64,000 nucleotides of DNA from Octopus sinensis (taxonomy: Eukaryota). The position numbers and the translations under genes were made by a program. The stretch covers positions 109,430,001 to 109,494,000 of the forward strand of contig NC_043005.1 in assembly GCF_006345805.1 (NCBI RefSeq). Reading direction: 5' to 3'. Shown one piece after another: positions 53,128 to 64,000 of the stretch (its first letter is position 1; each line of letters opens with the position of its first letter). The notes below the pieces were generated by a model. It ran no database searches and had not been told where the DNA came from. It saw nothing but the letters and a program-made list of their open reading frames with translations.

Positions 53128-53558
53128 TGTATGTATATATATATATATGTATATATATATACATACATATACATATATATATATATTAATATATATAATA
53201 CAAACAACCACACACACATACATAGATAAATATGGATATAATATATATATATATATGATATACAAATTATACATATACACATGCATACATACCAACATAT
53301 ATGTATGTATATTTAGTTTATATACATGTTATATATATAGACACACATATACACACCGCACATATATATATACACATATATATACACACATATATATATA
53401 CACACATATATATACCATATATATCTATATTATATATATATATATATATATATTTTATATATTATATTATATACACATATACATACAAACATATACAGAC
53501 ACATACGTATATATACATATACATATATACACACACATATATACATATACATATATAT

Positions 53559-53590
<32 letters not shown>

Positions 53591-53840
53591 TTATACTTTT
53601 TCTCTCTAAACTTCATTTTTTCTCTCTTTCTTTTCTCTCCACCTAAACATTGTTTAAAACCTACAACTTTGAGGAGGAAAGGAACCACAAAGAAATAGAC
53701 ACACACATATACACACACATATACACACTCTAAAATAAAATTGTTTGAATCACATACACACTCAGTCAGACATGTGGAGACACATGCATATACACCACAT
53801 ACCTATATAAATATATGTAAGTATGTATATATATATATAC

Positions 53841-53877
<37 letters not shown>

Positions 53878-54013
53878 TATATATATATATATATATATAC
53901 ATATATATATAAACATATATATGAGCTTATACATACATATATACAGCTACACATACACACATATATATATTATGTACTATATATGTGTATATATGTGTGT
54001 ATATATATATATA

Positions 54014-54054
<41 letters not shown>

Positions 54055-54228
54055 GTGTGTGTATATATTATATGTATATATATATATATATAATATATTA
54101 TATATATATATATATAATATATTATATATATATATATGTGTGTATTTATATGTATATCAGCATATAAAAATATACATGTATGTACATATACATATATATA
54201 TATACCATATATATACATACATACATAC

Positions 54229-54289
<61 letters not shown>

Positions 54290-54410
54290 CCTACATATAT
54301 ATACATACATATGTATACATACATATATATATATATGTATATGTATATGTATGTATATGTGTATACCTGTATTTTTTATATCCATATATATATATTTATA
54401 TATTAGTATG
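53060..54410. repeat. (TA)n/(TACA)n microsatellite blocks
   Basis: Read directly from the sequence. Confidence 0.9.
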
Positions 54411-54539
54411 TATGGAAACACATGCACAACAACAACAAATACACAAAGACTACAACAATAATAGAGGGAATACTGATGAAGAATGAAGAAATATGGTGTA
54501 TTATCAGTAAATGCATAAATATAAATATAGAAATATTAC

Positions 54540-54872
54540 ATGGTGATGATAACGACAAAGACGATGATGACAATGACGACAACGATGAGAAAGACGATGA
54601 CGGCGATGATGATGGGGATGATGATGACAACGACGGGAACAAGGATGGTGATAAGGATGATGATGGTGATGATGATGACAATGATGATGATGATGGTGAT
54701 GATGATGATGATGAGGATGAGGATGATGATGAGGATGAGGATGATGATGACAATGATGATGATGATGGTGATGATGATGACAATGATGATGATGATGATG
54801 ATGAGGATGATGATGATGATGGTGATGATGATGATGATGAAGATGATGATGGTGATGAGGATGATGATGACA

Positions 54873-54903
<31 letters not shown>

Positions 54904-55075
54904 CAATGATGATGATGATGAGGATGATGATGATGATGATGATGAGGATGATGATGATGACAATGATGATGATGACAATGATGATGATGAGGAGGAGGAG
55001 GATGATGACAGCGACGGCAACAAGGATGGTGATAATGGTGATGATGATGATGACAATGACAATAATAACAAACAC
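54540..55075. repeat. (GAT)n-derived low-complexity tract
   Basis: Read directly from the sequence; it contains short internal duplications. Confidence 0.9.
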
Positions 55076-55494
55076 AGCAACAACAACATTAACAGTACTG
55101 CAAACAGAAATGAAAAAGCTAAAATAAACCCAGCACTCTACACACAGGCATCACCAACACCAACACCACCACCACCACTGCCATCACCTCCCACACCTGG
55201 GCAGCAGAGAAACCATAAACCAAAATTATGAAAAAAAAAAAAAAGGAAAATGCAGAGTTAATACAAACATAACAATAAGAACAAGAAGAAGAAGAACAAC
55301 AACAACACAGACAACAACGAGAGCAAGAATGACGACATTAACACCATAAACAAACAAAAAGGAAAAAAAGTTGTGCAGAGGAATAAGAAATGAAGAGATA
55401 TGGAATAAGGAATAGAATAAATATAAATAAAGTAAATAAAAAGCAAGCTAAATAAAAGAATAAGAAGAGAAAGAGATAAGAAAGAGGGGAGTAT

Positions 55495-55513
55495 AAATAC
55501 AAACACATACATT

Positions 55514-55544
<31 letters not shown>

Positions 55545-55569
55545 CTATATATATATACGTATATATATA

Positions 55570-55600
<31 letters not shown>

Positions 55601-55621
55601 CACCACGTATATATATATATA

Positions 55622-55668
<47 letters not shown>

Positions 55669-55984
55669 TATATACACACAAACATTAATATATGTATATA
55701 TATATATATATGAAGAAATATTATGGCAAATCACTCAACAGTATTCCAGTGCTTTGGCAGAAATATATATATATCTTTGGTTAGGAAAACACAACTTTCT
55801 GTGATTGTCTCTTAAAATTCTTGCTTCATCCATCATAGCCATTTCGTGTAGTAATGAAGCATCAGAGAAGAAATATATATTTATATGTAATTATATAATA
55901 ATGTATATGTGTATTTGTGTATATACATATATATGTGTATATACATATATATATATATCATCATTTAAAGCCTGTGTTCCATGG

Positions 55985-56029
<45 letters not shown>

Positions 56030-56082
56030 CATATATATATATTATATATATATATATATATATAAATATACATATATATAAC

Positions 56083-56117
<35 letters not shown>

Positions 56118-56663
56118 CATATATATATATCTATGAATATTTACATATACATATATAAATACATGTGTGGTGTGTCTAACTGTGTGGATGTGTTTATATG
56201 CACTGTGACAAAATATATCCCTTTGTTATGTCTTTCTGTGAATTTGTAATAATATTTACACAGTATAAGCACTAACACATACAGACACACACACACATAC
56301 ACACCCAATCATATACACACAATCTCGCATACACCCTCTCATATACATATGCATGTGTATGCTTTAATCCATGTATGGTTGCTCATGTACTCATGAATTC
56401 ACTACTAAATACATGTATGCTACTCATGCACATGTAGTTATGCTTACCAACCGCCAGTACCTCTAATTCCTCCAAGACCATAACCACTGCCGACATCGCT
56501 GCCACAACATATACATTTATGCACGTGGATATCTACATTTTAATACATACATACATACATGCATATGTTTATACTTACATATATGCACACACACACACAT
56601 ACACACATACATATGTATATACAAATATTTGTATTTCTACACTACATAAAATAAATACAAAAT

Positions 56664-56715
<52 letters not shown>

Positions 56716-56832
56716 AAGACCCTACACATTTACTCATACATATACACACACCTATATACATGATATATGTGCATATCCCACATACATATAGACGCATGTA
56801 TGTGGAATATATCCATGTTCATACATGTATTG

Positions 56833-56869
<37 letters not shown>

Positions 56870-57060
56870 ATATACTATATATATGTATATATATATAAAA
56901 TATTACATAATAATATACATTTATATATATATATATATAAAATATATATAATATATATACATGTAATATATATATATATACATGTATATACTATATATAT
57001 ATATATATATACGCATACATAAATATATATACCCACATACATAGATATAAACACATAGTC
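55495..57060. repeat. Series of (TA)n/(CA)n microsatellites
   Basis: Read directly from the sequence. Confidence 0.85.
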
Positions 57061-58547
57061 ACACTAAATATCTTTGTCATAGTTGTGTAAACAAATAACA
57101 GGAAGGAAGGGGTGTTGGGGGTGCGTATAAAGAAACGATTTGAGTACAAAAGACAAAAATGATGAAAAGTAAAATAAAAATATGAAAGAAACAAGAACAA
57201 AATATTACAAAAGAAAATAATTTCCAATGATGACGGCGATGACACCCACAACAACAGCAATAACAACAACAACAGCAATAAGACAGAACATAAGTCAACA
57301 AGGACACACATACACACACACATGTATACACACATTATGTGAAGCACACACATACATAAACATACATACACGTACATAAACTTCCTACCCGCTCTATTCT
57401 GCAGAAAATAATATATTGAAAACAATATCAAGAAAAATGAGTGTGTAATGACTGAGAATTGTTAAGAATGGTAAGAAGAGAACAATAATAGAAAAATGTC
57501 CATAATAGACATGTAAGCGCCGGACAGTTGTTCATTAAGTCAGGCTGCTCATCAGTTTTCATTTCAAATGACTCGTGTCCATCCAGCTTTTTGAAGCCAA
57601 TCACAATTTTCTATTCCCATTTGACTACTTCAATAGTCAGCCTTTAATAATCATCAACATATTGCTTTCTTCATCGTAATGTTTCTCTTGTACTTTTCTT
57701 CGTGTCTTTTGTTCTTCTTTCCCTGTAGGTTGTTTTGTTATAATTTTTCCTTTTGTTATATAAACTTACACTTTCTTTTAGTTTAGTCTAGTGCATGCAT
57801 GCGCATATATACATATATACTCAGAATAAGGAGCATATATATATATATACTCAGAATAAGGAGCTATTTCTAGCACTAGAGTTAACCACTTAACGGTAAC
57901 TCTCTTATATTTACGTATATATATATATATATATACACACATAAGTATATATATACACATAAGTATATATATATATATATGTGTGTGTGTATATATATGT
58001 ATATAGAAATATATATGTGTGTGTGTGTGTGTATCTATATGTAGGTATGTATGCAAGTAGTTTTACTGAAGGGGTGCATAGTTTATAGTGGTCACAGTTA
58101 TGGACATTATTTTCGTCTACATATTTAACATACATATATATATACATATATATATGCATACACATACATATATATATTAATATATATATAAGCATATACA
58201 TACACATATACCTATATATATAAATATACATACCTATATATATATATATGTATATATATATATGTATATATATACATATATAAATATATGTGTATATATA
58301 TATGTATGTATGTATGTATGTAAGGGCATCAAGCTATAAAAAATATGTCAAAGCTGACTCCAAACCTCAGCCCTGTGGCTTGCCCAGTCCTCCCAAACCA
58401 TCCAACCCATACTAGCATGGAAAACGTGCATCAAATGTTGTTATATTTATATATCCCTTAGTTGGCTGTATTCGCTACCTCTAACTTACTATCTTCATAT
58501 ATAAGTCAAGATAGAAAATGTTAAAATAATTTTATAAAAAAACATTT

Positions 58548-58583
58548 CAGTACCGGTTTCAGTCATTGACACTTTTTCAACTG
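58548..58583 (-). ncRNA. Minimal hammerhead motif with U3:A8 compensatory core
   Basis: Minus strand reads CAG-TTGAAAA-AGT(GTCAATG)ACT-GAAA-CCGGT-A-CTG. Stem III is the palindrome ACCGGT and the triplet is GUA. Confidence 0.55.
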
Positions 58584-59461
58584 TAACAATTAAATAATTA
58601 AATTTAGAAAAATTAAACGAAAAGTTTTTTTAAAAGAATCTTTGTATAGTGTTCAAATACAAATGGCATTTTCCTTGTTTCTGCCTCTCTCTGTCTCTCT
58701 TGTTTACTCTTGTGGGTTTGAGGTCATTGTGAATTCTTGGTGCATACGCATGTATTCTTTTGTCTGTGCGTGCGTATGTGCATACCATGGACTCAATAGC
58801 TTATAAAATAGAATTAAGAATATAAGTTTATTAAGAGTTGTAATTTTGTTTCTGTTGATAAATTTAAGAAAAACACAACTATCATAGGAACACAGCTATT
58901 GCTCAGTAAACAAGTCACCAATAAGCTTTTATATATAATATGCATAGATACATAGATTCATACATACATGTGCATGTGGTCACATGTGTACATACATGTG
59001 TGTGTATTAAACTAATATTTAGCGGAAGCATCAGAGTGACTAAAAAGCCAAGAGTATTATACACCAAATGTATATATATGTGTGTGCAAGTGAGTATATA
59101 TGTATTCTGTTCTGGTTGTTCAGTAATTTTTTCTCATACATCCTTTTGGTAAATCTGAAGCAAATAAACTAGATGTCCCAATTGGGGTCAGTTTATATAT
59201 TATATGCTGATTGTTTTTTAAGAAGTGTTGTTAATTTGTTCTGATAAGATTGCCATTTTTATCATGGGACTATTCTGTGGCCAATAACAGCCTTTAATTA
59301 CAGAAACTAAATGATTTTCTGATTTCAGTTACACCATTTTTCCTACCTGATACATGTTTGGTGATCCCTTATCTCATTTCTATATTTCATCTGCTCCATC
59401 TACTTTGATTTCTTGCTTGGAACATGTAGCAGATCATCCAGGAATGTTACCTTTAAAAGCT

Positions 59462-59830
59462 AATGTTTTATCCTAAAGCGGAGGGATTTGTCCCTTAGCT
59501 GTCCCAAACCTTGAATCCAGTGTGAAATCCAGCCCTTACAATCATGTTGCGTTTTGAGGTCACTGCTTGGAATCGAACTCAAAATCTTGGGGTTAAGAGT
59601 GCAGGCTACTAGCTCCAAGATTCCAAGTTTGATTCTAGGCAGTGACCTGAATAACAATAATAACATCGAAAAATAACTTAGGAATGAGAACCCAAGTTCG
59701 AAATTTCCCCAACACACCTGATGAAGGCTGGAGGGTATATCAGCGGAAACGTTGTGTTAACAACAAACAAGTTGAGGACAAATATCTGTCAAATGTAAAT
59801 AATGTACATAATTCCTCGTCTCTTAAATAT
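59462..59830. mobile_element. Head-to-head pair of tRNA-headed repeats; the plus-strand one carries a hammerhead
   Basis: Inverted 34-nt arms at 59557-59590 and 59615-59648. tRNA-like ggttaagag...agtttgattc head at 59591-59648. Confidence 0.65.
59714..59757 (+). ncRNA. Minimal type I hammerhead motif
   Basis: ACAC-CTGATGA-A-GGCTG(GAGGGTATAT)CAGCG-GAAA-CGT-T-GTGT. The core is canonical, but the stem II closing pair is G:G in this copy. Confidence 0.7.
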
Positions 59831-59849
59831 AGAACTGTATATATAGTCG

Positions 59850-60030
59850 AAATTTACAGAAAAACAAAAGATGAAGACAGATGTTTGAACAACAAGCAGG
59901 TGTTTTAGTTTGATGCTCAGGAATTGAGGTCTTTTACATTTCAAGCCTACACTCTTCAACGGAAAGGAATATGAGAAAATAAAACAGAGAGAGTATAAAA
60001 ACACATATGGATTAGCAGTCAAATATATTA
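59850..60030 (-). mobile_element. PLE-like fragment with hammerhead-like motif at 59931-59966 (U4C + A6U core)
   Basis: Minus strand reads CTTT-CCGTTGA-A-GAGT(GTAG)GCTT-GAAA-TGT-A-AAAG. Homologous to 22254-22446. Confidence 0.55.
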
Positions 60031-61199
60031 TGTGTGTGTGTTTGTGTGTGATGTGCCACCAGTACCCCATGGGCTGGGTTCCTGTTATGAGCCTATGAAA
60101 CTTTTAGTTGCATGGGGCCAATTCAAAACTGTTTTAAATAATAATATATTTAACTCCTACTAAATAATGTGTTGAGTGCTTGCCTCTTTCTTTCTTTTAC
60201 CCACTCACTAGTGAGTGAGTATGTATGTGTGTGTATGTATGTGTGTGTGTGTGTGTATTACCACATCACTACCACCATTATCATCACCAGCGCCATCATC
60301 ATTACAATCATCTTGACCACCACCAGCCTCACCCTCTCACCCAGTTTTCACCCATATCACTACTACTACTACTACTATCACCACTACCCACCCCCACCCG
60401 CCTTCACCTAATCCACTGATGTCATTAACTGTTTACCTTCTGATTCCAATAAGTCTATGGCCATTCCCTGACACCATGATTTAATGCCGGTACTTTCACC
60501 ACTGCCGCCATCACCATCTCAATAACAACAACAACAACAACAATCATCTCCCAGCTTACCATTTCCTTATATATTTTATATTACTTTTATTTCTATATAT
60601 TCTTATTTTTTTTGTTTCATAATCCTCATCAGTCTCTTTCCTTTTTCCTCATTGCGTTATTTCATTTTTCTTCTCTCTTTCATTTAATAATATTGTTGTT
60701 ATATTTGTTATTCTTATTCTTTTTATATTTTCTTTGTTGTTATAGTTCTTGCTGTTGTTCTTGTAGTTGTTGTGATTCTTGCCGCTGCTTTCTATTTTAT
60801 TTCTATGTGCATTTTTTTTTTTTTTGGTATTTTTCATTTTCCATTTTTGTTTGTTTGTTGCTGTATTATTAATCTCATTTGTTCTTCTCCTTTTTACCAT
60901 AAAAGTCAATTTATTCGTAAAACTGACCTTTCGGTCAACCTACAATATCTCTGTGGCCACTGGTCAATCACGAAGAGAATCATCAGAGATTTAGCAATTC
61001 TTTGCTGCTTTTATCCTTTTCCATGTATTAACGGTGCCTCTGCTGGGTTGCTTGGCGATTTGGACAATATACGAGACGGAAGTCGATTCCTGGAGAATCT
61101 GCAGATTGAATGGACTAAAGGAACAGTCATGTCTTTTGTCCATTTTGTTTTCCAATTTGCTTTTGCATTCAGAATAAAAATATTAATATGTATATGCAT

Positions 61200-61880
<681 letters not shown>

Positions 61881-62155
61881 ACACATATTTGTACATATTG
61901 GAACAGTTCTTCAGACTAACTAAATCAATACGAAAGATTTAAAAACTTAGTATGAGGTCCAAAGACCCTTGTAATCCTTTTGTGTATTTGCATTTCTTTG
62001 TGTGTGTCCGTGCTTCTGTGTAAAGTGATTGCGTCTGTATATATGTATATGAGTATGTGCATTTATTTGTTAATATCTATCCGTGTCTGAGCTAAATCTT
62101 TGCTCTCTTCAATTTTCTTTCTATTTGTTCATTACTTTCACATATCTACACAACA

Positions 62156-62199
<44 letters not shown>

Positions 62200-62200
<1 letters not shown>

Positions 62201-62515
62201 GAGATGCAATAGCCCACTGGTTAGGGCAGCGGTTGTACGATCGTAGTCGTAGGATCGCGGCCATACGATCGCGGTCGTAGGATCATGGTCGTAGGATCGC
62301 AGTTTCGATTTCCAGACCGGGTGTTGTGAGTGTTTATTGAGCGTAAACACCTAAAAAGTCCCATGAGGCTCCAGCAGGGGGTGGTGGCGGTCCCTGCTGT
62401 ACTCTTTCACCACAACTTTCTCTTGCTCTTTCTTCTGAAGCCCTGCTCGCTTAGCCAGCGGTGTGGTGTCATTTGAAGGCTAAAACAATGTGAAGCGCAT
62501 TGTGACCAGCACAAC
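62200..62515 (+). mobile_element. tRNA-headed SINE with an internal approximately 14-bp tandem expansion in the tRNA region
   Basis: gcccactggttagggcagc, (gtcgtaggatcgcg)-like x4, gtttcgatttcc. Body shared with 41213 and tail shared with 32219. Confidence 0.7.
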
Positions 62516-62524
62516 CTTTGAACA

Positions 62525-62880
62525 TTAGGCCTCCCCGAGGCAATGACTAGTGACTGAGACCTTTGGAGATATGCTGTGCTTGAGAAGACTCAGCAAGCCA
62601 AGTGAGACCACAATCCATGGCCTATGCCAGTGCAGCATAACCGGCCCATTTAAGAGTACCCAGCCATCATTGGGCAATAAACTGCACTTGCGAAGACCTG
62701 TTGTGTCAAGCAAAGTCAATGTCATGGCTGATGCCAGTACTGCCTGATTGGCACCCGTGTCAGTGGCATGTAAAAAGCACCATTCAGGCATGGTCGTTGC
62801 CAGTGCCACCTGACTGGCTCCCATACTGGTGGCATTGAAAAAGTACCATTCAAGTGTGGTTGTGGTGGAAGTGGCCATAG
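62525..62880 (+). mobile_element. Diverged RTE ORF end plus 3' UTR
   Basis: LPEAMTSD*DLWRYAVLEKTQQAK* matches the RTE C-terminus, followed by cacttgcgaagacctgttg and 55-bp units. Confidence 0.7.
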
Positions 62881-63206
62881 CAATTGTAGTCTAGTCAATG
62901 AAATTGACCACAGAGCATAGAGAGATGCTGTTAAATCTTAAGGAGACAGAGAAGAAAAAAGATAGGAGCTGGAGGAGGAAGAGAACAATGAGACTGAAAG
63001 AATAGAAGGGATGCAAGAAGAGGAGGTGGATTGGCATTTAGAATTCGGAGGAATGATGGTTTCATTTCATACAATTTCAAATAATATCTGTTATCTGCTT
63101 ACAGATTTCATCTTCCATATACATAGATGATCACAAGTTTATATAACAACGCTTACACACTTTTGCATTAATATGTCTATAAACAAACGCACAACCATAC
63201 ATACAT

Positions 63207-63255
<49 letters not shown>

Positions 63256-63839
63256 TACAGAGAAAGAGAGAGAGAGAGAGGAGAGAGAGAGATCTAGGGA
63301 CAATTGAGGCAAGCTAGAACATAGGATAAGTTAGAACACTTTCTATTTCCAGCAGAAACAAAGAACTTATTAGGGACCACACTGCTGTCTTGGAAGAGTT
63401 TCTTATACAGCTGCCTTTCAATAATACTCACATCAAGGACATACAGAAGCTTTTCAGTTGTATGAGAAGGTTTTTGTATTCTTCATGAATTTAAATAAAA
63501 TTTTTATTGTTGGAAATATCCAGTTTGTTCAGCAGAAAATGTAGTGAGGCATGAATGTTTAGTAGAAAGTAATCAGAATGAAGCAGTAAATAATTTACTT
63601 GTTTCAGTTTGTGCCCTGCATTTTTATGATCACTACTGTATCGGGTTAGTTGCATGGGCACATGTAGTAAATTGGGCATGGCCAAATTGCAGCTTGCAGG
63701 ACCTTTTGAATGGCACACCTAATGAAAAATTGCCTCCAGTGTTTTTAGTAGTGCAGTCCACCTGATGATGATCCATGTCTCATGCAACCCACTTCTTGTG
63801 AAAAATTTCCCTGCCTTGATTTCAACTCAAAAGAATGTC

Positions 63840-64000
63840 GTTGGCACACCTGTGCCATTGGCATGTGTAAAAAAATTCGAGCGAGGTCGTTGCCAGTATC
63901 GCCTGACTGGCCCCTGTGCTGGTGGAACGTAAAAGCACCCACTACACTCTCAGAGTGGTTGGTGTTAGTAAGGGCATCCAGATGTAGAAACTCTGCCAGA
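63840..64000 (+). mobile_element. RTE 3' UTR segment running out of the window
   Basis: aaaagcacccactacactctcagagtggttggtgttagtaagggcatccag matches 13745-13810. Confidence 0.75.

Noticed and set aside
54422-55231. 269-aa Asp-rich ORF
   Set aside because: It is mostly (GAT)n, with no splice or homology support. The ATG frame is equally open, as expected for this triplet repeat.
63608-63645. Possible 37-bp micro-exon (cttgtttcag ... cgg|gttagt)
   Set aside because: Splice-like motifs alone are too common; there is no recognisable peptide.

Overview
This is a repeat-dominated eukaryotic window with no host protein-coding gene that I can support. The repeat landscape (very long (TA)n/(CA)n tracts, tRNA-headed SINEs, RTE tails) resembles octopus DNA, but that assignment is inference from memory, not a search. 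Two large minisatellites dominate: a 117-bp GAT-derived unit (1-6400) and an 83-bp C-rich higher-order unit (32.7-39.1 kb). Coding remnants are all transposon-derived. They are a near-complete Penelope-like element (RT plus C-terminal GIY-YIG, minus strand, 15.2-18.6 kb), two inverted RTE LINE copies (one with a PHD-type finger inside the RT), an internally deleted CR1/L2-group LINE, an RTE-like 3' stub and mariner remnants. The most striking unannotated signal is about 11 hammerhead-ribozyme (HHR) motifs from at least six different repeat families, many abutting (TA)n. They include a canonical HHR at the Penelope 3' end, a tRNA-headed HHR SINE, a palindromic twin-HHR element, a U3:A8 compensatory variant and a family with altered catalytic cores. 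All folds were derived by eye and all family assignments rest on remembered motifs; nothing was computed or searched.
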